A model generated the notes under the pieces. That model saw nothing but the letters and a program-made list of their open reading frames with translations, had not been told where the DNA came from and did no database searches. The position numbers and the translations under genes were made by a program. A stretch of DNA of 64,000 nucleotides from a virus. Shown here one piece after another: positions 45,456 through 55,602 of this stretch; the stretch's first letter is position 1; each line of letters opens with the position of its first letter. Location of the stretch: positions 1-64,000 of the IMG/VR virus record IMGVR_UViG_3300025872_003406. The stretch is one strand, 5' to 3'.

Positions 45456-47042
45456 ATGAGCAACGTATACCTATCACCAACACAAACGTCAGCTCTGCAG
45501 CAGGCTAAGACCTACGTCGATCCTGTTGCACAGAGTTTTATCGTCGATAGTCCAGGTGGAGCATTTTTGACGTCGATCGATCTATACTTTGCATCTAAAG
45601 ATTCTACCCTACCGGTTACTCTTGAGATTCGAGAGATGGAAAATGGAATTCCTACCGGAATCATTGTTCCATTTTCAACGGTGACAGTCAATGCCGCTGA
45701 CGTCGCAACGAGTTCTAGCGCATCGTTGCCTACGAAGTTTGCGTTTTCTGCTCCGGTTTTTCTACTTGATACGTCAGAATACTGCTTCGTGGTGAATGCT
45801 AACTCTCGTAACTATAAGATCTGGGTTGCAGAGACCGGAAAAAACGATGTGACAAATACGTCGTTCTCTATCACCAAACAGCCATATGCTGGAGTGATGT
45901 TCAAGTCTCAGAATGCATCGACCTGGATCCCTGAGCAGAATCTAGATATCAAGTTCGTGATTCGTCGCGCTGAATTTGTTTCCACTGGTGACATCATCCT
46001 GAACGAAGCAACACTTCCAGTCATTACACTTGAATCAAATCCTCTTTATACCTATAGCGGAACAAAGAAGGTCAGAGTGTTCCAGAAGAACCACGGTCAC
46101 ATCGCCGGGACATCAGAAGTTACAATCGCAGGTCTGACGGCAGGTACCAGTTACAACGGAGTCCTGGGAAGTGATATCAACGGCACCCGAAACGTTGTTG
46201 ATGCCGAACAGGATTCTTATACGTTTTTGGCTGGAGGCGCCTCAAACTTTACTGCCTCAAGTCGTGTTGGTGGAACGGTCGTGACTGCCACCGAGAATAA
46301 GACATACGATATTCTATACCCGAATGTACAGCAGCTTGTGTTCAAGAACACCAGAGCTGACTGGTACGCTCGTACCACGACAGGAAAGTCATTGGCCGGA
46401 TCTGAGATTCCTCACTCACTGAGTCAATATTATCAGGTTCCGGTCAATCAGAATGTCGAGATGAATCATCCTCAGATCGTTCGTGCGGTGAACAGCGCAA
46501 GTCCGACCTCAAAGAGCCTGTATCTCAAGGGCACGTTTACCACAACCCAGTCTACACTTTCTCCGGTCATTGATCTGAATCGTACCTCGGCGATTGCCAT
46601 TTCGTACCGTCTCGATCGTCCAATCGGATCTGCCGCAACTGGATATAATGTGGTGGAGGGATACCAGGCAGAAACAGCGGCCAGCGGTTCTTCTTCCCTT
46701 TCGAAGTATATCACCCGTCGAGTTGACCTGGCGACGGCTGCGTTGGCCCTTCGTATCTTCCTGGCAGTAAACCGTCCAACTGGATCGTATATTAATCTCT
46801 ACTACAAGGTAACCAATAACATCGATGCTAATTTTGATTCATTACCATGGGTGGCTGTCAATCCAATCGATACCGTTCCGATCAATGACAATGCAGCAGA
46901 ATATGCCGATGTTGAGTATGCTGTCACAGAATCAATGTTATCTGGGCCATTTGTGGCCTTTGCATTGAAGATCGTCTTTACCTCGGAGAACAGCTCAGCA
47001 GCTCCTTCCTGCTCTGACCTGAGAGCCATCGCTGTGACATGA
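45456..47042 (+). CDS. Virion structural protein (VrlC-like C-terminal part)
   Basis: DPVAQSF, FLTSIDLYF..KD, FKSQNASTW, LSPVIDL, DLRAIA. Confidence 0.8.
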   Translation: MSNVYLSPTQTSALQQAKTYVDPVAQSFIVDSPGGAFLTSIDLYFASKDSTLPVTLEIREMENGIPTGIIVPFSTVTVNAADVATSSSASLPTKFAFSAPVFLLDTSEYCFVVNANSRNYKIWVAETGKNDVTNTSFSITKQPYAGVMFKSQNASTWIPEQNLDIKFVIRRAEFVSTGDIILNEATLPVITLESNPLYTYSGTKKVRVFQKNHGHIAGTSEVTIAGLTAGTSYNGVLGSDINGTRNVVDAEQDSYTFLAGGASNFTASSRVGGTVVTATENKTYDILYPNVQQLVFKNTRADWYARTTTGKSLAGSEIPHSLSQYYQVPVNQNVEMNHPQIVRAVNSASPTSKSLYLKGTFTTTQSTLSPVIDLNRTSAIAISYRLDRPIGSAATGYNVVEGYQAETAASGSSSLSKYITRRVDLATAALALRIFLAVNRPTGSYINLYYKVTNNIDANFDSLPWVAVNPIDTVPINDNAAEYADVEYAVTESMLSGPFVAFALKIVFTSENSSAAPSCSDLRAIAVT

Positions 47043-47269
47043 GCCAAACGGATCCCAAATACGCAGTTGTCAAAGAAGATCCTTCTCTTGTCAGAGATAG
47101 CTATTCGAAAGCTATAATAAATAGAAACACTAAAGACTATCTCCGTCGCCTGGTTGCGAAAAAGACCTTCGATGACAAGGAAGCGGAGATTCAAAGGCTC
47201 AAGTCGGATGTTGATGAGCTCAAGTCAATGGTGCAATCTCTACTGTCCTCTACTCAGAATTCTAAGTAA
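47039..47269 (+). CDS. Small conserved protein
   Basis: LVRD..SKAIIN + coiled coil; typical follower of VrlC-like genes. Confidence 0.75.
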   Translation: MSQTDPKYAVVKEDPSLVRDSYSKAIINRNTKDYLRRLVAKKTFDDKEAEIQRLKSDVDELKSMVQSLLSSTQNSK

Positions 47270-47281
47270 TCTCATACTTCC

Positions 47282-50200
47282 ATGGCCCTCACTGAAGTCC
47301 TACGTTCCGATACATTTGAGCAATGGCGCACAAAGACGAACACTGTTTCGTCTGACCTAGGCGACAGAGCGACGCTTTCGGCCAATATCACCGCGAACAC
47401 ATCGTTGGTGGGTGCCATCAACGAGCTTCAGAGTGACATTGGAGTCATCGGTAGCCTTTCCACTTTTGCTGCATCAAACATCGTTGCCGCTCTGAACGAA
47501 CTGAAGACAGGATCAAGTGTCACGATCTCTGGGACGAAGACCTTTTCGTCGAATCTCAACCTTTCTTCTGGTCAGGCATATACGATCGACGGAACATCGG
47601 TCCTGAACGCCACAACATTAGGATCCGGCGTGGTCACCTCCTCTCTGACCACGGTCGGTACAATCGGTACGGGTGTATGGCAGGGAACAATCGTTTCTCC
47701 GACATACGGTGGAACAGGCATCAACAATGGTAGTCGTACTCTGACGATCTCTACGGGAAATCTGGCCTTGACGACAGCGGCCGGGGGATCATCACTGACT
47801 CTTCCTGCAAGCGGAACGGTTGCTACTTTGGCTGGAAGCGAAACGCTCACCACGAAGACCATCAACCTGGCGAACAATACGCTGACCGGTACTCTGGCTC
47901 AGTTTAACACAGCTCTGACCGATGACGATTTCGCAGCCCTGAATACAGCTCAGACCCTGACGAACAAGACGATCGCTCTGGGTTCAAACACGATCAGCGG
48001 TACTCTGGCTCAGTTTAACACAGCTCTGACCGATGACGATTTCGCAGCCCTTGCCGCAACTCAAACTCTGACGAATAAGAGCCTGCAGGATTCTACCACA
48101 TTCTTTATCGATGATGTAACACCGACAAAGAGGCTGCAATTTCAGTTATCAGGTATTACCGCGAACACTACTCGCACACTGACGATCCCGGATAATTCTG
48201 GAACGATTGCTCTCACCTCAGATACGACATTCATTGGTACCACATCAATAACTCTGAGCCGTGGATCTGGTAATCTTGCCTTGGCTGGTATTTCATCGGT
48301 CACTCTTCCTGGTTCAACATCTGGAACAGTTCTACTCCAGCCTACGGCGATTGCTGGAACAACTACAATCACTCTCCCTGCAACAAGCGGAACAGTTGTT
48401 ACCACAGGAGATACTGGAACCGTTACGAACACGATGCTTGCCGGAAGCATTGCAAATGGAAAGCTTGTCAATAGTTCTGTCACATTCAATGGTGTTACTG
48501 TTGCCCTCGGATCATCTGGAACTATCACTTCGACGACAACAAATGCGCTGACAATCGGTGATGGACTTAGTGGTACGAGCTTCAATGGATCTGCAGCAGT
48601 CACAATAGCTGCAGATGCAACTATTGCTCGTCGTGCTGATACTTTCTCTATCGGTACAACATCGGTCGCGCTGAACCGTACGTCTGGAAATCTTGCACTC
48701 ACCGGAATTTCTTCGATTGATTTTCCAACAGCAGGAACCAACGTAATTAAGCTTACTCCAGCATCAACAAATGCTCTGGTGACTTTGACGATGCCGGCAC
48801 AAACCGGTACAATCGTGACAACTGGAGATACCGGTACCGTAACTAACACCATGCTTGCCGGAAGCATTGCAAATGGAAAACTGGTCAATAGTTCCGTTAC
48901 GATCGGATCTACTGCGGTATCTCTCGGATCTACGGTTACGACATTCACTGGTCTGGCTTCTGTCACATCCTCGGCATTTAGCGGACCTCTGACCGGTAAC
49001 GTCACTGGTAATCTGACTGGAAATGCCGATACGGCAACAAAGTTGGCAACTGCCAGAACAATCAATGGAGTCAGCTTTGACGGTACCGCAAATATCACAG
49101 TCACTGCTGCGGCCGGAACGCTTACTGGAACTACGCTGAATAGCACGGTTGTTACATCCTCCCTGACATCTGTTGGTACTATTGGAACCGGAATCTGGCA
49201 AGGAACATCGATCGGTACCGCATATACCGATGCAAAGATCGTATCGGTTACCGGCACCGCAAATCAGATAACGGCCACAACGACGACCGGAGCTGTTGCC
49301 CTTTCTCTGCCTCAGAACATTCATACCGGGGCAACACCAACGTTTGCCTCTGTTACAGCAAATAATGTTGTTCTTGGGAGTGCAGCGAATACGATTTCAA
49401 CGTCTACCGCTTCGACTAATCTTACGCTTACTTCTACAGGAGGAACCGTTGCGGTCACTGGAAATGAAACGGTATCTGGAACGTTGGATGTTTCTGGAAA
49501 GACACAGGTTTTAACAACTCTTGCAAACAACACCGTTGTACTTGCCGTAGTCAATAATAATTCAACGTATACAAATGGTTTTCCCACGGCGCAACAAGGA
49601 GCAAATCGTTTTACAGTTGGTGCTGATGGCTCGGTGGAAATTAAGGGAGATCTAACAGTTCGTGGCGCAACGACGATTACTGGTGCTGCTACGATTTCTG
49701 CTAATTTTAATACACTGATCAACAAGCCTTCACCGGTTGTTGGTGTTACCCTATCTGGTGAGCTTTCTGGATCAGCATCCACAACTCTAACAGAATTGGG
49801 TGCCGGAACATATACGATTGCTCTGGCATCCACTATCATTGATAACGCTGTGATTGCTAGCAAAATTGCAGCAGACGCAGTAACCACCGCAAAGATTCTA
49901 AACGGAAATGTAACAAATGCAAAACTTGCAAACAGCAGCATCACTGTTACAACGGCCGGAGGATCTGGATTAAGTGGAGGTGCTGTAGTAAATCTGGGTG
50001 AAACTGTCACCCTGACAAATAGTGATAAAGGATCATCGCAGAGCATTTTCAAGAATATCGCAATTGCCGGCACTACGGCGTTAACTGCCAATGCAAACAA
50101 CGATATTCTGAACTTTGCGTCGGATGGTACGATATCACTTACTTCTTCCACGGCAGGTGGAAATAAGACGGTTAATATCGTCCACGCCACCATGGGAAGT

Positions 50201-53200
50201 CAGGCATCGGTTGATAATAGCGGTGGAACTGTTATCCAAGACGTCACACTGAATAATGGCCACGTCACAGGATTGACGAGTGTCAATCTTGATACTCGTT
50301 TCGCTCCTATCAACACAGAGACACTTGATTCTGTAACTACCAGAGGCTCTACAACATCAAACGGTATTACGGTCGGTTCTCTTACGACGAGTGGCGCCAT
50401 CAGTGCAGCGACCCTGACACTTTCGGGGGATTTAATTGTAAATGGCACAACGACTACGATCAATAGTTCTACGGTGACGGTTGACGATAAGAACATTGAG
50501 CTTGGAAGTGTACCTGTAAAAACAGGAATGGCTGCGACTCTCACGAGCGGGTCGATCGTCGTAAATCTTACGAGCGGAAATACTACCGGATTAATTCCTG
50601 GACAACGTTTAACGGATATAAACTCAAGCGGGGGTATATTTGGTTCTGCTTCAATTGCTGTTGCTGCAATTAACAATTTAACTCAATTTACTGTCACGAG
50701 TCCACACCTAGGATCTGGTGGAGTTACATTTGGTGCCGAGGCCGCCAGCGACTCAACTGCAAACGGCGGTGGTATTACTCTGAAAGGCGCCACTGACAAG
50801 ACGATTACCTGGGATTCTGCCAACACGAACTGGACATCCAGCGAACATTGGAACCTTCCGACTGGAAAGCAGTTTAAGATCAATAATACTGCCGTTCTGA
50901 CATCAACCGCTGTTCTTGGAATCGCAGGGACTGACATTGTTACTCTTACCGGATCACAGACTCTGACTAATAAGTCTATCAGCGGTGAACAGATTACTAG
51001 CGGTACAATCAATTCTGCCCGCCTTGATGCCGATCTTGCCGCCATCGCAGGGATCTCCGGAACATCTGGATTACTCAGAAAGACCGCAGCCGATACCTGG
51101 TCATTAGATACAGCGTCTTATCTGACCGGAAATCAAAGCATTAGCCTTACAGGTGATGTAACAGGAACCGGTGCAACAAGCATTTCAACGACAATCGCCA
51201 ATAATGCTATCACAACCGCGAAGATTGCTAATTCTAATGTTACCCTTGGAAAGATTGCAGATATTGCAGCACAACGAATTCTGGGAAATAATAGTGCTAG
51301 CACCTCAGCGGCTCCAGCAGAATTAACTGTCGCACAAGTTCAGGTTATGTTAGGTCTGGGTACTGCGGCATATACTGCTTCGACAGCATATCAACCTATT
51401 GGAACATACGTCACATCTGTTGGAGCCACAGCTCCAATTTCTTCCTCTGGAGGAACAACCCCGAATATAAGTCTTTCTGCCAGTTACGGCGATACTCAGA
51501 ATCCATATGGTACAAAGAATGCAAATACGGTTCTGGCAGGTCCTCCGAGTGGTGTAGCGGCGGTTCCGACATTCAGAGCTCTTGTTGCAGCAGATATTCC
51601 ATCACTAGATGCTGCTAAAATTACCACGGGAACGTTTGATGCTGCTAGAATTCCATCACTAGATGCTGCTAAAATTACCACGGGAACGTTTGATGCTGCT
51701 AGAATTCCATCGCTGAATTACCAGCCATTTGATGCTGATCTTGCAGCAATCGCTGGATTGACCGGAACAAGCGGACTACTTAGAAAGACTAATACTGATA
51801 CCTGGTCATTAGATACATCATCGTATCTGACATCTAATCCAAATCTGCAAACTGTCTGCAATGTTGGAAACACAACGACGACTAGCATTACTGCTGGATC
51901 ATTTGTTAAGTCTGGCGCATTCTCAACCGATATTCTGAAGGGTGACGGATCAACAGAAAGTGATAGCAATTACGTCAAAACCTCGGGCAATCAGACTATT
52001 GCTGGAACTAAGATATTCAGCCAGAAGATGGGCATCGGCTCTAATTCGAGCTCGACTGCTGCTCTAAACCTTGACCTAGGATTTGATTCAATTTCTGCCG
52101 CTCAGCCAACACGAGCGATTTGGTTGCGTCCAACGTTTCGACCAAACAGCATCGGCGGAGGTGTGATGGAAGGCATTGGAATTGTTCCAATCATTGACTC
52201 GAGCTTCTGGAGTGAATCTACGCCAGCGATGACGTACAGCGCCATTCGAATCGGCGCCGTTACACGTACTGGTACTACAGCAGTCACCGAAACGCGCGGT
52301 CTTTATATCGATAACTGCACGCTGGGTACTACAAATTATGCGATTTACAGCGCTCATACTGGAGCATCTGTTTTCTCTGGATCACTTACAGCGACATCCT
52401 TTATCGGTTCAGCTGCTTCATTAACAAACTTCCCTACGCTCAATCAAAATACGACTGGTACTGCCGCAAACGTAACCGGTACCGTTGCAGTCGCAAATGG
52501 TGGTACTGGAGCGACAACATTCACTGCCGGATATCTAAAGGCTAACGCACAGAATGCGTTCACTACTGTGGCATCTGTTCCGTGGAGTGATGTTTCATCT
52601 AAGCCTGAAAGTTCGATTGTAAGCAGCCTGGCTCTTTCTGCTCAAACTGTCACCGGAGGCGCCTATCTTAACTCTACAGTTTATAAGCTGGATTCAAGCT
52701 CTGGAACATCATCGCTAAAGATTTCTAATGGTACAGGAGTTACTGTAGCTTATGTAAATGCCGGCGAAATTTCAGTGTCCATTCCTCAGGCTGTAGCAAC
52801 AACATCGAATGTCCAGTTCGGTTCTATTGGAGTTGGTACCGCTGCATCTGGAGTGTCTGGCGAGATCCGTGCGATCGATAACATCACTGCATATTACACC
52901 TCAGACGAACGCCTCAAGACGAACGTCCGCAAGATTGAGAATGCACTGGACAAGGTTACTCAGATCAATGGTGTGGTCTATGACTGGAATGATACCTACA
53001 AGAAGTCTCACGGTGATGTGGATGGTTACTTCGTTCGTAACGACAACTCCGGCGTCATCGCCCAGGAGGTCGAGAAGGTCTTCCCGAACGTTGTGGGTGA
53101 ACGTCAGGATGGATTCAAGGCAGTTCGTTACGAGCTCCTGGTTCCTCTCCTGATCGAGGCCATCAAGGATCTCAAGGCCGAGATCGAGTCATTAAAGGCA

Positions 53201-53209
53201 AATAAGTAA
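47282..53209 (+). CDS. Long tail fibre with C-terminal intramolecular chaperone (peptidase S74-like)
   Basis: DTFEQWRTKTN start, T/G/S/A-rich repeats, SDERLKTN...GVIAQEVE.VFP...VRYE.LVPLLIEAIK. Confidence 0.88.
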   Translation: MALTEVLRSDTFEQWRTKTNTVSSDLGDRATLSANITANTSLVGAINELQSDIGVIGSLSTFAASNIVAALNELKTGSSVTISGTKTFSSNLNLSSGQAYTIDGTSVLNATTLGSGVVTSSLTTVGTIGTGVWQGTIVSPTYGGTGINNGSRTLTISTGNLALTTAAGGSSLTLPASGTVATLAGSETLTTKTINLANNTLTGTLAQFNTALTDDDFAALNTAQTLTNKTIALGSNTISGTLAQFNTALTDDDFAALAATQTLTNKSLQDSTTFFIDDVTPTKRLQFQLSGITANTTRTLTIPDNSGTIALTSDTTFIGTTSITLSRGSGNLALAGISSVTLPGSTSGTVLLQPTAIAGTTTITLPATSGTVVTTGDTGTVTNTMLAGSIANGKLVNSSVTFNGVTVALGSSGTITSTTTNALTIGDGLSGTSFNGSAAVTIAADATIARRADTFSIGTTSVALNRTSGNLALTGISSIDFPTAGTNVIKLTPASTNALVTLTMPAQTGTIVTTGDTGTVTNTMLAGSIANGKLVNSSVTIGSTAVSLGSTVTTFTGLASVTSSAFSGPLTGNVTGNLTGNADTATKLATARTINGVSFDGTANITVTAAAGTLTGTTLNSTVVTSSLTSVGTIGTGIWQGTSIGTAYTDAKIVSVTGTANQITATTTTGAVALSLPQNIHTGATPTFASVTANNVVLGSAANTISTSTASTNLTLTSTGGTVAVTGNETVSGTLDVSGKTQVLTTLANNTVVLAVVNNNSTYTNGFPTAQQGANRFTVGADGSVEIKGDLTVRGATTITGAATISANFNTLINKPSPVVGVTLSGELSGSASTTLTELGAGTYTIALASTIIDNAVIASKIAADAVTTAKILNGNVTNAKLANSSITVTTAGGSGLSGGAVVNLGETVTLTNSDKGSSQSIFKNIAIAGTTALTANANNDILNFASDGTISLTSSTAGGNKTVNIVHATMGSQASVDNSGGTVIQDVTLNNGHVTGLTSVNLDTRFAPINTETLDSVTTRGSTTSNGITVGSLTTSGAISAATLTLSGDLIVNGTTTTINSSTVTVDDKNIELGSVPVKTGMAATLTSGSIVVNLTSGNTTGLIPGQRLTDINSSGGIFGSASIAVAAINNLTQFTVTSPHLGSGGVTFGAEAASDSTANGGGITLKGATDKTITWDSANTNWTSSEHWNLPTGKQFKINNTAVLTSTAVLGIAGTDIVTLTGSQTLTNKSISGEQITSGTINSARLDADLAAIAGISGTSGLLRKTAADTWSLDTASYLTGNQSISLTGDVTGTGATSISTTIANNAITTAKIANSNVTLGKIADIAAQRILGNNSASTSAAPAELTVAQVQVMLGLGTAAYTASTAYQPIGTYVTSVGATAPISSSGGTTPNISLSASYGDTQNPYGTKNANTVLAGPPSGVAAVPTFRALVAADIPSLDAAKITTGTFDAARIPSLDAAKITTGTFDAARIPSLNYQPFDADLAAIAGLTGTSGLLRKTNTDTWSLDTSSYLTSNPNLQTVCNVGNTTTTSITAGSFVKSGAFSTDILKGDGSTESDSNYVKTSGNQTIAGTKIFSQKMGIGSNSSSTAALNLDLGFDSISAAQPTRAIWLRPTFRPNSIGGGVMEGIGIVPIIDSSFWSESTPAMTYSAIRIGAVTRTGTTAVTETRGLYIDNCTLGTTNYAIYSAHTGASVFSGSLTATSFIGSAASLTNFPTLNQNTTGTAANVTGTVAVANGGTGATTFTAGYLKANAQNAFTTVASVPWSDVSSKPESSIVSSLALSAQTVTGGAYLNSTVYKLDSSSGTSSLKISNGTGVTVAYVNAGEISVSIPQAVATTSNVQFGSIGVGTAASGVSGEIRAIDNITAYYTSDERLKTNVRKIENALDKVTQINGVVYDWNDTYKKSHGDVDGYFVRNDNSGVIAQEVEKVFPNVVGERQDGFKAVRYELLVPLLIEAIKDLKAEIESLKANK
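47887..48051 (+). repeat. 54-bp exact direct repeat within the fibre gene
   Basis: 47887-47940 identical to 47998-48051 (GTLAQFNTALTDDDFAAL). Confidence 0.9.
51596..51711 (+). repeat. 54-bp exact tandem repeat (two copies plus a partial third)
   Basis: IPSLDAAKITTGTFDAAR encoded twice with identical DNA. Confidence 0.9.
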
Positions 53210-53211
53210 GT

Positions 53212-53219
53212 TATAAATA
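53212..53219 (+). promoter_or_regulatory. T4-type late promoter
   Basis: TATAAATA. Confidence 0.85.
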
Positions 53220-53228
53220 CACTGACTT

Positions 53229-53567
53229 ATGGCTGTCTACGCGAATATCTCGATTGACCAGGGATCAGATTTTACCTCAACTGTGACTGTCGAGGGTTCT
53301 GATGGTATCGCATTTAACCTGACGGGATATACTGCTCGCGGCCAGATTCGCAAGTCATATACCTCCACTACTGCGATCAACTTCTCGACGGCGATCAACT
53401 CACCTACTGCCGGAACAATTCAGCTCACACTGACAGCAGTGCAGACAGGTGCAATGAAAGCAGGTCGGTACCTTTATGACGTGGAGGTAGTACAGACCTC
53501 AACTGGTAAAGTCACTCGTGTCGTAGAAGGTCAGGTCGAGGTCAATCCTCGTATTACTCAGCCATGA
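53229..53567 (+). CDS. Virion structural protein (fibre adaptor, BppU-like)
   Basis: NISIDQGSDF, NLTGYTA..QIRKSY, GRYLYDVE, RVVEG. Confidence 0.75.
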   Translation: MAVYANISIDQGSDFTSTVTVEGSDGIAFNLTGYTARGQIRKSYTSTTAINFSTAINSPTAGTIQLTLTAVQTGAMKAGRYLYDVEVVQTSTGKVTRVVEGQVEVNPRITQP

Positions 53568-53809
53568 GCAACATTGTAGGATCAGTCCTTCCTGCACCAG
53601 CAATCAAGTCCACAGTACGTGGTTTGCAGAACGTTCAGGCACGCACTGTTGCGATTGGTGCACCTAAGTCGATGGGAGATCTGTCGGATGTCGACCTTTC
53701 TGCAGTCGGTGACGGCGCGCTTTTAATTTACAACGGAACACTTCAAAAATTCGTGGCCAACACCGAGGTCAATAACTCGAACACGAAGATCGTTGGCGGC
53801 AGTTTCTAA
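53564..53809 (+). CDS. Small structural protein
   Basis: DLSDVD....DGALLIYN..., ends GGSF. Confidence 0.7.
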   Translation: MSNIVGSVLPAPAIKSTVRGLQNVQARTVAIGAPKSMGDLSDVDLSAVGDGALLIYNGTLQKFVANTEVNNSNTKIVGGSF

Positions 53810-53832
53810 CCTAGAGCATCTACCTTACTATC

Positions 53833-55512
53833 ATGCCCGGCACAATCATCAAAACCAAGTATAGCGATATCACGAATCAGCCAGCACCAGATGCATTGGC
53901 ACATTCGGAGCAAGCATACTCATTCGCATCAAATCGCCTTTTCATCGGTAAGACCAGCGGGGCCACGGTAGATCCGATCATCATCGGTGGTAAGTACTAC
54001 ACCGACATGATGGCCCAGACGCCGGGAGTGCTGACAGCAAGCTCGACGATCATCGTTGACCAGTACAAGTGGGTCGATCACCTGATCACTGGTGGACTGA
54101 AGCTGACTACATCCAACGGCGCAGGTCAGGAACTTACGACGGTTGTTACGACGATCGGTGGAGGTGCCGCGAATAACGAACTTCCGACGGCTCTGGCTGT
54201 CAAAAACTATACTGACTCCGTTGCTGCTGCTCAGACGCTCACATCTCTGGCCGATGTCACTATCTCGAGCGTGGTCAATGCTCAGGTGCTCATCTATGAT
54301 AGTACTGCTCAGCAATGGCTGAATCAATCTCTTTCTGGTGATCTGACGATCAGTAAGACCGGTGTTGTCACTCTTGCTAATACTGGTGTTACTGCTCAGA
54401 CCTACGGATCGACGACAGCAATTCCTGTTCTGACAATCGACAGTAAGGGTCGCATCACGAGCGCTTCTACCGCTTCTCTGGCAACTTCTCTTTCAATTGC
54501 TGGTGACACAGGAACTGATTCGGTTGCGCTACTGACAGACACACTGACATTCGTTGGTGGAGCGGGCATCACATCAGCCGTCACCAACAATACTGTCACT
54601 CTGGATGTCGATAATACTGTTGCGCGTAGCACTGACACGCTCAATTACTTCAGCTCCACGACGTCTGCTCAGCTTGCCTCTGTCATCTCGGATGAGACCG
54701 GCACGGGAGCTCTGGTATTTGGTACAAGCCCTACATTCACCACATCAGTTGTTACTGACAGCCTCACATTCGCAGTATTCAATACAACTGCAACAACAGT
54801 TCAGGCATTTGGTGCTGCAACCGATCTTGCGATCGGTGCAACATCTGGTAATACGACGGTTCGTAACAACCTGATCGTCTCTGGCACACTGACAGTCAAC
54901 GGCAACACATCGACAGTCAACTCGACAGTTACGACCCTGACAGATCCAGTCATCATGCTGGCCCAGGATGCCCTGGCTGCAGGTGACTCAAATGATCGTG
55001 GCGTCAAGTTCAACTACGGTGATGGCTCGCAGGTTCAGACCGGATTCTTCGGTATGGACATGCAGACCGGCCGCTTTGTGTTCAAGGCGACTGGGGCGAC
55101 TGCCACAAATCCTGAGAACTTCAGCAGCCCATGGTCCGATGCCCAGTTCGGTGAGATCTATGGTACCGGCGGTACATTAGGCAATGTCACTGTTGGCGTA
55201 GCGACAGATAACAAGATCACGACAACGAGTGGCACTCTGGTCATCGATGCAGCCAATAATACGGTTCAGATCGATGCTGACGCTTCAGTCACTGGTACGT
55301 TCGGCGTCACCGGAGCGGTTACTCTAACGACTGCTCTGGGTGTTTCATCCGGTGGTACTGGAGTCTCAAGCTATACTGGCAAAGCGGTGTTCGTATCAAA
55401 TTCTGGAGGAACAGCCACAAACTTCCTGACCGGAACTCAATACCAGATCGTTCAGTTTGATGCTACTGGCACTCCGATTGCCTCTGCCACGATTGACGGC
55501 GGCACGTTCTAA
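53833..55512 (+). CDS. Tail fibre-like structural protein
   Basis: IIGGKYYTD, YGSTTAIPV.TIDSKGRIT, DRG..F.Y, ends IDGGTF. Confidence 0.8.
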   Translation: MPGTIIKTKYSDITNQPAPDALAHSEQAYSFASNRLFIGKTSGATVDPIIIGGKYYTDMMAQTPGVLTASSTIIVDQYKWVDHLITGGLKLTTSNGAGQELTTVVTTIGGGAANNELPTALAVKNYTDSVAAAQTLTSLADVTISSVVNAQVLIYDSTAQQWLNQSLSGDLTISKTGVVTLANTGVTAQTYGSTTAIPVLTIDSKGRITSASTASLATSLSIAGDTGTDSVALLTDTLTFVGGAGITSAVTNNTVTLDVDNTVARSTDTLNYFSSTTSAQLASVISDETGTGALVFGTSPTFTTSVVTDSLTFAVFNTTATTVQAFGAATDLAIGATSGNTTVRNNLIVSGTLTVNGNTSTVNSTVTTLTDPVIMLAQDALAAGDSNDRGVKFNYGDGSQVQTGFFGMDMQTGRFVFKATGATATNPENFSSPWSDAQFGEIYGTGGTLGNVTVGVATDNKITTTSGTLVIDAANNTVQIDADASVTGTFGVTGAVTLTTALGVSSGGTGVSSYTGKAVFVSNSGGTATNFLTGTQYQIVQFDATGTPIASATIDGGTF

Positions 55513-55533
55513 TAGCTAGTCGATTTATCCACT

Positions 55534-55541
55534 TATAAATA
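55534..55541 (+). promoter_or_regulatory. T4-type late promoter
   Basis: TATAAATA followed by a hairpin. Confidence 0.85.
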
Positions 55542-55602
55542 GGTGGTCTGGGTTTTTACTCGGACCACCTATTCTGTTTTATAACTCGGAGTTTTTACTC
55601 AC

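Noticed and set aside
47887-51711. Diversity-generating retroelement template/variable repeats in the fibre genes
   Set aside because: The repeats are exact or differ at synonymous sites rather than specifically at adenines, and no reverse transcriptase is in the window.
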